Assembly (NCBI GenBank): GCA_030064845.1
Contig: JASJEC010000019.1
Span: 9,537-73,536, forward strand
DNA from: Kiloniellales bacterium
GTDB lineage: Bacteria > Pseudomonadota > Alphaproteobacteria > Kiloniellales > JAKSDN01
DNA length: 64,000 nt
Direction: 5' to 3'
This document shows positions 17,424-26,390 of the stretch, piece after piece (positions within the stretch are counted from its first letter, which is position 1; every line of letters starts with the position of its first letter). Both the position numbers and the translations under genes were made by a program. The notes beneath the pieces are model-generated. The model was not told where the DNA came from and ran no database searches. It saw nothing but the letters and a program-made list of their open reading frames with translations.

Positions 17424-20400
17424 ATGATGCGTCCCGCGCCCGATCTCGACACCATTCGCACCGCCATGCGCGCGGATTACCTGCCCGACGAGGCCGCCGT
17501 GGTGCGTCGTCTGGCCGCCGAGAGCGGCCTCGGCGCCGGGGCCCGCGCCGCCATCGCGGCCAAGGCGGCGGAGCTGATCCGCCGGGTGCGCGAGACCACC
17601 AATCCGGGACTGATGGAGAGCTTCCTGGCCGAGTACGGCCTCTCCACCAAGGAGGGCGTGGCGCTGATGTGCCTCGCCGAGGCGCTGCTCAGGGTGCCCG
17701 ACGCGGAGACCATCGACGCGCTGATCGAGGACAAGATCGCGCCGTCCGACTGGGGCAAGCATCTCGGCCACTCCGCCTCGCCGCTGGTCAACGCCTCGAC
17801 CTGGGCGCTGATGCTGACCGGCAAGGTCCTGGCCGAGCCCGAGGGCCTGACGGCCGCGCTGCGCGGCGCCGTCAAGCGGCTCGGCGAGCCGGTGATCCGC
17901 ACCGCCGTCGGGCAGGCCATGCGCGAGCTGGGCCGCAACTTCGTGCTCGGCCGCACCATCGAGGAGGCGCAGGAGAACGCGGCGCCCTACGTGGCGAAGG
18001 GCTACACCTATTCCTACGACATGCTGGGCGAGGCGGCGCGGACCGAGGCCGACGCGCGGCACTACCACCTGGCCTATTCCGACGCGATCACCGCCCTGGC
18101 GGGGAGCTGTACCTCCGACGACATCCGCGAGAACCCGGGGATCTCGGTCAAGCTCTCGGCCCTGCACGCGCGCTACGAGTTCGGCCAGCGCGACCGCGTG
18201 ATGGCCGAGCTGACGGCGCGGACCCGCTCGCTGGCGCTGCTGGCCAAGTCGGCGAACATGGGCTTCAACATCGACGCCGAGGAGGCCGACCGGCTCGACC
18301 TCTCGCTCGACGTCATCGAGGCCGTGCTCTCGGACCCCTCGCTCAGCGGCTGGGACGGCTTCGGCGTGGTCGTGCAGGCCTATGGGCCCCGGGCCGGCCA
18401 CGTCATCGACTGGCTCTACGCTCTGGCGACCCGCCTCGACCGCAAGATCATGGTGCGCCTGGTGAAGGGCGCCTACTGGGACACCGAGATCAAGCGCGCG
18501 CAGGTGATGGGCCTGAAGGGCTTTCCGGTCTTCACCCGCAAGGTCTCGACCGACGTCAGCTACATCGCCAGCGCCGAGAAGCTGCTGGCCATGACCGACC
18601 GGATCTACCCGCAGTTCGCCACCCACAACGCCCATACCGTGAGCGCGGTGCTGGAGATGGCCGCCTCCAAGGTCAAGGGCAACAAGGCCGCCTTCGAGTT
18701 CCAGCGCCTGCACGGCATGGGCGAGACCCTGCATGCCGTCGTGCTCGAGGAGGAGAGCACCCGCTGCCGCATCTACGCCCCGGTCGGCGCCCACCGGGAC
18801 CTGCTGGCCTATCTGGTGCGGCGTCTCCTGGAGAACGGCGCCAACTCCTCCTTTGTCAACCAGATCGTCGACGAGAGCATCGCGCCGGAGGCGATCGCCC
18901 AGGATCCCTTCGACGCCGTGGCGGCCCTGGGGGACGGGATCGCCAATCCGGGCATCCGCCCGCCGGCCGCTCTCTTCGGCGCCGGCCGGGTCAACGCCAA
19001 GGGCTGGGACATCACCGACCCCGAGGAGGTCGCGGCGCTCGACGCCGCCCGCGCGCCCTTCCGCGACCACACCTGGCAGGCCGGGCCGATGATCGCCGGG
19101 CCGGTCGCCGGCGCGACCCCGCGCAATCTCGCGAACCCCGCCCAGCCCGCCGAGCTGGTCGGCCGGGTTACCGAGGCGAGCGCGGCGGATGTGGAGACCG
19201 CGCTTGCCGCCGCGCCGCAAGGCTTCGCCGACTGGTCTGCGCGCCCCGCCGGCGAGCGGGCCGCCGTGCTGCGCAAGGTCGCCGATCTCTACGAGGCCCA
19301 TGCGCCGGAGTTCTTCGCCCTGGCCGCCCGCGAGGCGGGCAAGTCGCTGCTGGACGGCGTGGCCGAAGTGCGCGAGGCGGTCGACTTCCTGCGCTTCTAC
19401 GCGGCTGAAGCCGAGCGGCTCGAGGGCCAGGACGGGCCGCGCGGCCCGATCGTCTGCATCAGCCCGTGGAACTTTCCCCTGGCGATCTTCACCGGCCAGA
19501 TCTCGGCGGCGCTCGCGGCCGGCAACGCGGTGATCGCCAAGCCGGCCGAGCAGACACCGTTGATCGCGGCCCGCGCGGTGGGGTTGATGCACGAAGCCGG
19601 CGTGCCCAAGGCGGCGATCCAGCTTCTGCCGGGTGACGGCCCCGCCGTCGGCGCGCCGCTGACCTCCGATCCGCGGGTGGCCGGGGTCTGCTTCACCGGC
19701 TCGACCGAGGTGGCGCAGATCATCAACCGCTCCATGGCGGAAAATCTCGATCCCCGCGCGCCGCTGATCGCCGAGACCGGCGGCCTCAACGCGATGATCG
19801 TCGACTCGACCGCTCTGCCGGAGCAGGCGGTGCGCGACATCATCGCCTCCAGCTTCCAGAGCGCGGGACAGCGCTGCTCGGCGCTGCGCATGCTCTATGT
19901 CCAGGAGGACGTCGCCGACCGGGTGCTGACCATGCTCTACGGCGCTATGGACGAGCTCCGCCTCGGCGACCCCTGGGAGCTCTCCACCGACGTCGGCCCG
20001 GTGATCGACGCCGAAGCCCGCGCCGGCATCGAGAGGCACATCGCGGTGCAGGCGGCCGAAGGCCGGGTGGCGAAGCAGCTGAAGGTCCCGGCCGGGGGTC
20101 TCTTCGTGCCGCCCACCGTGATCCGGCTGAACGGAATCGAGGAGCTGGAGCAGGAGATCTTCGGCCCCGTCCTGCACGTCGCCACCTTCGACGCCGAGGA
20201 GGTCGACGCCGTGATCGACGCCGTCAATGCGCGCGGATACGGCCTGACCTTCGGGCTCCATACCCGGATCGACGACCGCGTGCAGCACATCGTCGAGCGC
20301 GTGCGCTGCGGCAACATCTACGTCAACCGCAACCAAATCGGCGCCGTGGTCGGCTCGCAGCCCTTCGGCGGCGAGGGGCTCTCGGGCACCGGACCGAAGG

Positions 20401-20981
20401 CGGGCGGGCCGAGCTACGTGCGGCGCTTCCTCGCGGTCCCCGAGGCTGATGGTGCCGAGGCGTCAGGCGCGGCCGTGGGCGCGGCGGCGGCCCAGGCCGC
20501 CCTCGACGGGTTGACGGTGCCGGACTGGACCGCGGAGCCGGAATCCCTGCCGGGCCCGACCGGCGAGTCGAACCGCCTGGCCGAGCATCCGCGCGGCAAG
20601 GTGCTCTGCCTCGGGCCCACGGCGGCGGCGGCCCGGACCCAGGCCGAGGCGGCCCTGAAGGCGGGCAACGCCGCCCTGATGGTGGCGCCCGGCGCGTCGG
20701 CCTCGGAACTCGAGGCGGACGGCGCGGCGGCGGCCCTGGACGGGGTGCTCGAGCCCGCCGCGCTGGCCGGGCTGGCCGGGTGCGACGCCGTGGCCAGCCA
20801 GGCCGGCGTCGCCACGCTCCGCGCGCTGCGCCGGGCGCTGGCGGCGCGCAAGGGCCCGCTGGTTCCGCTCGTCACCGAGCCCGGCCGGCCCGAGTGGTTC
20901 AGCCTGGAGCGGCACGTCTGCGTCGACACCACGGCGGCGGGCGGCAACGCCTCGCTGCTGGCCGAGGCGGGCGCGGCGTAG
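17424..20981 (+). CDS. putA: Bifunctional proline dehydrogenase / L-glutamate-gamma-semialdehyde dehydrogenase PutA
   Basis: 1185 aa from ATG 17424. PRODH barrel (VRLVKGAYWDTE, FATHNAH), ALDH domain (ISPWNFPLAI, ETGGLNAMIVD, GQRCSALR) and a C-terminal domain. Confidence 0.92.
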   Translation: MMRPAPDLDTIRTAMRADYLPDEAAVVRRLAAESGLGAGARAAIAAKAAELIRRVRETTNPGLMESFLAEYGLSTKEGVALMCLAEALLRVPDAETIDALIEDKIAPSDWGKHLGHSASPLVNASTWALMLTGKVLAEPEGLTAALRGAVKRLGEPVIRTAVGQAMRELGRNFVLGRTIEEAQENAAPYVAKGYTYSYDMLGEAARTEADARHYHLAYSDAITALAGSCTSDDIRENPGISVKLSALHARYEFGQRDRVMAELTARTRSLALLAKSANMGFNIDAEEADRLDLSLDVIEAVLSDPSLSGWDGFGVVVQAYGPRAGHVIDWLYALATRLDRKIMVRLVKGAYWDTEIKRAQVMGLKGFPVFTRKVSTDVSYIASAEKLLAMTDRIYPQFATHNAHTVSAVLEMAASKVKGNKAAFEFQRLHGMGETLHAVVLEEESTRCRIYAPVGAHRDLLAYLVRRLLENGANSSFVNQIVDESIAPEAIAQDPFDAVAALGDGIANPGIRPPAALFGAGRVNAKGWDITDPEEVAALDAARAPFRDHTWQAGPMIAGPVAGATPRNLANPAQPAELVGRVTEASAADVETALAAAPQGFADWSARPAGERAAVLRKVADLYEAHAPEFFALAAREAGKSLLDGVAEVREAVDFLRFYAAEAERLEGQDGPRGPIVCISPWNFPLAIFTGQISAALAAGNAVIAKPAEQTPLIAARAVGLMHEAGVPKAAIQLLPGDGPAVGAPLTSDPRVAGVCFTGSTEVAQIINRSMAENLDPRAPLIAETGGLNAMIVDSTALPEQAVRDIIASSFQSAGQRCSALRMLYVQEDVADRVLTMLYGAMDELRLGDPWELSTDVGPVIDAEARAGIERHIAVQAAEGRVAKQLKVPAGGLFVPPTVIRLNGIEELEQEIFGPVLHVATFDAEEVDAVIDAVNARGYGLTFGLHTRIDDRVQHIVERVRCGNIYVNRNQIGAVVGSQPFGGEGLSGTGPKAGGPSYVRRFLAVPEADGAEASGAAVGAAAAQAALDGLTVPDWTAEPESLPGPTGESNRLAEHPRGKVLCLGPTAAAARTQAEAALKAGNAALMVAPGASASELEADGAAAALDGVLEPAALAGLAGCDAVASQAGVATLRALRRALAARKGPLVPLVTEPGRPEWFSLERHVCVDTTAAGGNASLLAEAGAA

Positions 20982-21015
20982 AGCTGGAGCGTCAGGTCGG
21001 GTGGGGCCGAAGCGC

Positions 21016-21903
21016 TCACTCGGCGACAGGGCCGTCGTAGTAGGGCAGCTTGTCGATCCGCGGTTCGTAGCGGCCGGCCGCCTGTAGTTCGGCGATGTGC
21101 CGGGTGATGTCCTCCAGGGTGGCGAACCAAACCTCTTTCGTCCGCAGGGTCTGCTCGATCCAGGAGTCGACCAGGCGCCAGCGTGCGAGGCGGCCGGTCA
21201 GGAAGGGGTGGAGGATCAGCATGAAGAAGCCGCCGAACTCGTACTGGGCCTCGAACTCCTCCCAGAAGGCCTGAAGGCCCCTGCTCGGCGCGCGCACCGG
21301 CATCAGGTAGCCAATCTCCTCGTAGTGGGCGAAGGGCGGCCAGTCGTCCTCGCCCCAATGCACGGGAATCTCCCAGAGCTGGCCTCGATCGGTCTTGAGG
21401 AGATAGGGGACGTCGTCCGCCATCATGGAGGATTCATAGGCGAAGTCGTGCTCGATCAGCAGGTCGACGACCTCGGGCGTTATGTCGTAGACCGGCGCCC
21501 GGTAACCGCGCGGCAGGCTTCCGCAGATGTTCTTGTGGGCCTGGAGCGCGCGCTCGAACCACTCGCGCTGCTTTTCGGCGCCCATGCTGGTTGGGTTCTC
21601 GTGAAGATAGCCGTGATGGCCGATCTCGTGGCCGTCCTTCAGAATCGCTTCCACGGTCTCGGGGTATTGCTCCAGGCACCAGCCCGGAATGAAGAAGGAC
21701 TGCTTGAGGCCGTACTTGCGGTAGGTCTCGAGAATGCGCGGGACGCCGACGGTCGGACCGTACTTTCCCATGGAAATCGGATAGAGGCGTCGATGGGAAT
21801 CCTCGGGCTTGGCGATGTGAATGAGGCTGTCCGCGTCCATGTCGAAGGTGATGGCGCAGGCGCAGCGCGCGCCGTTCGGCCAGGGGATTGGGTTGGCGAT
21901 CAT
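21016..21903 (-). CDS. Polysaccharide deacetylase (NodB-fold) family protein, PuuE-like
   Basis: 295 aa. ...CAITFDMDADS..., GHEIGHHGYLHE; ATGA overlap with the ABC ATPase. Confidence 0.75.
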   Translation of the reverse strand: MIANPIPWPNGARCACAITFDMDADSLIHIAKPEDSHRRLYPISMGKYGPTVGVPRILETYRKYGLKQSFFIPGWCLEQYPETVEAILKDGHEIGHHGYLHENPTSMGAEKQREWFERALQAHKNICGSLPRGYRAPVYDITPEVVDLLIEHDFAYESSMMADDVPYLLKTDRGQLWEIPVHWGEDDWPPFAHYEEIGYLMPVRAPSRGLQAFWEEFEAQYEFGGFFMLILHPFLTGRLARWRLVDSWIEQTLRTKEVWFATLEDITRHIAELQAAGRYEPRIDKLPYYDGPVAE

Positions 21904-23009
21904 GACGTGCCCTTTCGCTTCGACTCGCCGGTCAGAAGGTGAGTGCTGGCGGCTGGCCAGGAGAGATAGAGCTCGCGCGCCGACTTGAGGTCGATGTTGG
22001 CCAGGTCGCGTTCCTGAAGTTGCGTCTTGAACTCGGTGCCATCCGCGCTTTCCAGGAACAGGGTGACGACGGACCCGATGAATTCCTCCGAAATCAGAGT
22101 GACCGGGACGCAGTTGCCGTCTGCCGGCCGATCCTGGGACAGGTGCACGAGATCGGCGGCAATGACGAAACTTATCTCGTCTCCCAGCGCAATGGTGTTT
22201 TCGACGCCGACCTGAACCTTGAGGTCGCCCGCCGGCGTTGCCACCACGGCTTCGCTCGCTTCGAGCCGCTCGATCTTGCCGGTGAGGATGTTGTTGCTTC
22301 CAACGAACTCGGCCACGAAACGGTTGGCAGGCGCCCGGTAGATGTCCCGCGGCGTGCCGATCTGGGCGATCTCGCCGTCGCTCATGATGACGACGCGGTC
22401 GGCCATGGCGAAGGCCTCGGATTGGGAATGGGTCACATAGACGAAGGTGATGCCGAGCTCGCGCTGCAGGCGGGTCAGGACCCCCTGCATGCGCACCACC
22501 AGGTGAGCGTCAAGGGCCGAGAGGGGCTCGTCGAGAAGAAGGATCCTAGGCTCGGTCACGAGGGCGCGGGCCAGGGCGACGCGCTGGCGCTGGCCGCCTG
22601 AAAGCTGCAGGACGTCGCGTTCAGCGAACTCGCCGATGCCGAGACGTTCCAGCCAGTCCTGGGCCTTCTTGCGCCGCGGCTCCGCCGCCATGCCGCGCAT
22701 CTTCAGGCCGAACTCGACGTTCTCCCGGGCATTGAGAAAGGGAAAGAGCGCGAGGCTCTGCCAGACCATGGGCGTGTCGCGCTCGTGGGGCTTGACGGAA
22801 AGAAGCGATTGGCCGTCCAGGCGGATATCGCCCTTCGAGGGCTGCTCGAGCCCGGCCAGCATGCGCAGCGTCGTGGTCTTGCCGCAGCCCGAAGGGCCCA
22901 TCAGGGCTAGAAACTCGCCACTCTGGATTTCCAGGTTCAGGCGTTTGACCGCCACGAAGTTGTCGAAACGCTTAACGACATCCTCAAATACGACAAGCGC
23001 GCGGCTCAT
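21900..23009 (-). CDS. ABC transporter ATP-binding protein (PotA/spermidine-putrescine type with C-terminal TOBE-like domain)
   Basis: GPSGCGKTT (Walker A), LSGGQRQRVALARAL, LLLDEPLSALD. Confidence 0.9.
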   Translation of the reverse strand: MSRALVVFEDVVKRFDNFVAVKRLNLEIQSGEFLALMGPSGCGKTTTLRMLAGLEQPSKGDIRLDGQSLLSVKPHERDTPMVWQSLALFPFLNARENVEFGLKMRGMAAEPRRKKAQDWLERLGIGEFAERDVLQLSGGQRQRVALARALVTEPRILLLDEPLSALDAHLVVRMQGVLTRLQRELGITFVYVTHSQSEAFAMADRVVIMSDGEIAQIGTPRDIYRAPANRFVAEFVGSNNILTGKIERLEASEAVVATPAGDLKVQVGVENTIALGDEISFVIAADLVHLSQDRPADGNCVPVTLISEEFIGSVVTLFLESADGTEFKTQLQERDLANIDLKSARELYLSWPAASTHLLTGESKRKGTS

Positions 23010-23314
23010 CTAGTACCCACTTTCAGGATTGAGTGCATCGTCTGATTGCCGAGGCGCCCGTCCGGCTAGGGGGGCGTAGGCCCGGCGCTGCGCGCGGCGC
23101 GAAAGCGATGCCGAAGCATCGGTGAGCGCCGCTGACGACGCCGGGCGGGCGCCTCGGCAACTTTCCGGGCGCGTTATCAAGACTTTCGGCCCCGTTGAGA
23201 CCAATGGGGGTCGCGCGGCCCTTTTGATGACCTGCATCACGGCGGACCACGCTCCTAACCGAAAGTCTTGATAACTCGTCATACGAAACACTCAATCCTG
23301 AAAGTGGGTACTAG
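23010..23314. mobile_element. MITE-like non-coding insertion, 305 bp including flanking CTAG. Perfect 26-bp terminal inverted repeats and two long internal hairpins.
   Basis: ctagtacccactttcaggattgagtg (23010-23035) is the exact reverse complement of 23289-23314. Internal stems: 23046-23066/23140-23160 (21 bp, one G-U) and 23173-23189/23259-23275 (17/17). The element sits between the permease stop TAG and the ATPase ATG. Confidence 0.75.
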
Positions 23315-24108
23315 GCTCCCTGCCGGCCTTCCCGGGTCATGATCAGGATCTGAGCCATCACCACCAGGGTGATCGAGGTGATGAAGACCAGGGTGCCGAT
23401 CGCATTGACCTGTGGATCGATGTTACCGGTGACGATCTCCAGAATGATCACCGGCACGGTCTTGTTGAGACCCGACACGAACCAGGCGACGGCGAACTCG
23501 TCGAAGGAGACCGCCGCGGTCAGGCAGAGCGCAGAGGCGATGGCCGGCCGGGTGAAGGGTATCACGACCTGGCGCATCGCCCGCCACTCGCTGGCGCCCA
23601 GGTTCCAGGCGGCCGCCTCGAGGTTGCGGTCCATCTGCTGCAGGCGCAGGCGGATGATCGCCATGGCGAAGGGCGCGCAGAGCACGGTGTGGGCGATCAC
23701 GATGGACCAGATCTGGCCCGAGGCCCCGATCCGCGAGAACCAGGCGAGCATGGCCAGCGCCAGGATGATCAGGGGTATGGTCGGCGGCAGCAGGGCGAGC
23801 GCCAGATAGGCGCCCTTGAAGCGGAAGCCGTAGCGGTAGTCGGTGTAGGCGGTGCAGAAGCCGATGAGCGTCGCGAGGCAAGCGGTACAAAGCGAGACGA
23901 TGGCGCTGGTGCGCACTGCGTCCCAGACGTCGGGATCGGTGAAGATCGCCTCGTACCACTGGAGCGAAAAGCTGCCCAGGGGAATGGTCGGGAAGCGCTG
24001 TGAATTGAAGGAGAAGATCACGCTGGCGATGATCGGCGCGAAGACGAAGACGAAGATCAGCACCAGGTAGGCGCGGAGGAACCAGCGGATTCCGCGATCC
24101 AACGTCAT
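23311..24108 (-). CDS. ABC transporter permease (PotC-like)
   Basis: 265 aa from the Met at 24108 (ATGA overlap with the upstream permease). Multi-TM protein with an EAA-like loop ...NLGASEWRAMRQVVIPFTRPAI. Confidence 0.85.
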   Translation of the reverse strand: MTLDRGIRWFLRAYLVLIFVFVFAPIIASVIFSFNSQRFPTIPLGSFSLQWYEAIFTDPDVWDAVRTSAIVSLCTACLATLIGFCTAYTDYRYGFRFKGAYLALALLPPTIPLIILALAMLAWFSRIGASGQIWSIVIAHTVLCAPFAMAIIRLRLQQMDRNLEAAAWNLGASEWRAMRQVVIPFTRPAIASALCLTAAVSFDEFAVAWFVSGLNKTVPVIILEIVTGNIDPQVNAIGTLVFITSITLVVMAQILIMTREGRQGA

Positions 24109-24980
24109 CTGACCGGCTTCCGGTAGGCCAGGGCGACGGCGGTGAAGGCGACGGTGAGCAGGGTGATCATCATCATGATGGCGACCACGGCGGCGCGTGG
24201 CCACTGCTGGCCGGATTTGGTCGTATCGATGATCAGGATCGGCAGTGTCGGGGGTTTCGAGCCGCCGAGGTAGTAGGGACTGACGAAGTCGCCGAAGGAA
24301 AGAATGAAGCAGAAGACCGCACCGATGATCAGACCCACCTTGGCGAGCGGCACGATCACCGTAAAAACCGTGCGCAGCCGCCCGCAGCCCAGATTGTGCG
24401 CCGCTTCGATCAGGCTGCGGTCGACGTTGGCCAGCGAGAGGGTCTGCAGGATGACGACGAGCGGCAGGGTCAGCGTCATGTAGCCGACGATGGTGCCGAA
24501 CTTGGTGTTCAGCATGGTGTAGGGGCCGAGCCCGATGTAGCCCAGGATCGCGTTGATCACGCCGGACTCGGCGAGGATCACGTACCAGGAAAAGGTCCGC
24601 ACCAGATAGCTGGTGAAGAAGGGCACGATCAGGCAGAAGATCGCCCAGCGCCGGACCGCGGGCGAGACCTTGAAGGACAGGGCATAGGCGGCCGGAAAGG
24701 CGAGGACCGTGACGACGAGGGTCGACAGCATCGCGAGGCCGAAGGTCAGCAGGTAGCTGTCCCAGAAGTAGTTCCGGCCGAGCATCTTGGTCCAGTTGAC
24801 GAACTCGAAGGCCTCGACCATGCGGTAGTTCTTCACCAGGAAGAACGACATGGCGATCATGAAGAGCAATGGACCGACGAAGAAGGCCAACTGCCAGACG
24901 ATGATCGGCAGGCGCCAGGTCAGGGCATAGCGGTCGAACCGGCGGACAAACTTCCGAGATTCTTGCGGCGCGTCAGCCAT
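24105..24980 (-). CDS. ABC transporter permease (PotB-like)
   Basis: 291 aa, six hydrophobic segments, EAAHNLGCGRLRTVFTVIVPLAK motif. Confidence 0.85.
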   Translation of the reverse strand: MADAPQESRKFVRRFDRYALTWRLPIIVWQLAFFVGPLLFMIAMSFFLVKNYRMVEAFEFVNWTKMLGRNYFWDSYLLTFGLAMLSTLVVTVLAFPAAYALSFKVSPAVRRWAIFCLIVPFFTSYLVRTFSWYVILAESGVINAILGYIGLGPYTMLNTKFGTIVGYMTLTLPLVVILQTLSLANVDRSLIEAAHNLGCGRLRTVFTVIVPLAKVGLIIGAVFCFILSFGDFVSPYYLGGSKPPTLPILIIDTTKSGQQWPRAAVVAIMMMITLLTVAFTAVALAYRKPVR

Positions 24981-25095
24981 TCCACTTCCTTGATCGCGCC
25001 TCGCGGCAACACGTGGTCATCCCCCTCGAGGACAAGCCAAAGAACGGCCGGCGCGATCCGCTTCTGGGGTTGCGCCGGCCGTAACCGGGTCTGAT

Positions 25096-26247
25096 CTAGG
25101 CGTTCTTGTACTCAGACCAGAAGTCGTTCCAGTCTTCCAGGCTCTGCTGCACCGGAATGTTGCGGTAGTGGATGCGGCCTTCCTTGATCAGGGTGATCGG
25201 ATTGTTGGGCGCGCCCTCGATCTGCCCGGTGCGTTTGGCCTCAGCGAGGTTGGCCTCCTGCAGGGCTTTCTGGCCCTTTCTTGTGATGCAGAAACCCGGG
25301 TAGGCCACCATCTGGGCCGAGCGCACCTGGCCACGGGGGCTCAGCATGTACTGGATGAACTTCTTGCAGACCTCCGCCTTCTCCGAACCCTTGCCGATGG
25401 AATAGGACTCGGTCCATTGGATGCCGCCTTCCTTCGGCACGACGGAGGCGACCGGCGCGCCGTCCTTCTCGAGCACGCCGGTGATCCAGTCGCCGATGCC
25501 GCACATGGCCAGCATCTCGCCGTTCTTCAGCGAGTTGAAGGTGCCGCCATAGTCGAAATAGCCGCCGACCTGGGGCCGCAGGCTCAGGGTCGTCTCCTGC
25601 ACCTTGGACCAGGCCGCGTCGTCCAGATCCCACAGCTTGGCGCCGTTGCCGTTGTAGAGGCTCATCATGCCGAGCGATGGAAGGTGCCAGTCGAAGTGGC
25701 CGACCTTGCCCTTCAGTTCCGGCTTCCAGAAGCAGGCGTAGCTCTCCGCTTCCTCGGCGGTGACGGCGTTCTTGTTGTAGGAGACGCCGAGGTGGCCGAA
25801 GCGCACCATGACGGAGAAGAGCTTGTCGCCGTCCCAGTGCCCGGGGAAGCGCTTGAAGTCTTCGTAGAGCATGTCGTCGAAATCGTAGTCGCCCGGGTCC
25901 ATCTGCTCGATGTAGCCGGCGGCATTGAGCTGCTGTACGAATTCCGCGTCCGACAGGATGATGTCATAGGTGCCCGGCGGTGACTGCGCGATCAAGGCCA
26001 GCATGTTGTCGCCGCCGGCATAGTACTTCGGCTTGAACTTGACGTTGTTCTCGGCCTCGAACTCCTCGACCATGTCCGGCTCGCCGTGGCCATACCAGGC
26101 CAGCATGTTGATCTCGGTCGCCTGCGCTTTCGCGCGCTTGACGAAGGGCATGGCCAGACCGGCGGCGGCGCCGACCGCGACTCCGCCGTACTTCAGCACT
26201 TCCCGCCTGGTCGGCTGCGCCAGTTTCGAGCTCTTTGGATTTCTCAT
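25096..26247 (-). CDS. ABC transporter periplasmic substrate-binding protein (PotD/PotF-like) with a Tat-type signal
   Basis: 383 aa. N-terminal PTRREVLKYGGVAVGAAAGLAMPFVKRAKA; first gene of the operon. Confidence 0.85.
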   Translation of the reverse strand: MRNPKSSKLAQPTRREVLKYGGVAVGAAAGLAMPFVKRAKAQATEINMLAWYGHGEPDMVEEFEAENNVKFKPKYYAGGDNMLALIAQSPPGTYDIILSDAEFVQQLNAAGYIEQMDPGDYDFDDMLYEDFKRFPGHWDGDKLFSVMVRFGHLGVSYNKNAVTAEEAESYACFWKPELKGKVGHFDWHLPSLGMMSLYNGNGAKLWDLDDAAWSKVQETTLSLRPQVGGYFDYGGTFNSLKNGEMLAMCGIGDWITGVLEKDGAPVASVVPKEGGIQWTESYSIGKGSEKAEVCKKFIQYMLSPRGQVRSAQMVAYPGFCITRKGQKALQEANLAEAKRTGQIEGAPNNPITLIKEGRIHYRNIPVQQSLEDWNDFWSEYKNA

Positions 26248-26390
26248 TGTACCTGTCTCCCCGTCGTTCTCCTTGGGGTGCCTTTCCGCTCGGCCGCCCG
26301 GGCCGATCTTAACGACGGTGCTGACCGGGTAGAAGACTTAAAGCGATCCGCGGGTCGCGCCGCCCGTTCAAGGCCGCCGCCGTCGACAAC

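Noticed and set aside
23010-23295. ORFs of 93 aa (23010-23291) and 90 aa (23023-23295) inside the TIR-bounded element, as a possible tiny transposase or passenger gene.
   Set aside because: Their translations are low-complexity (Arg/Ala/Ser/Pro-rich), lie within long RNA-type stems and have no motifs. The element is better explained as non-coding.
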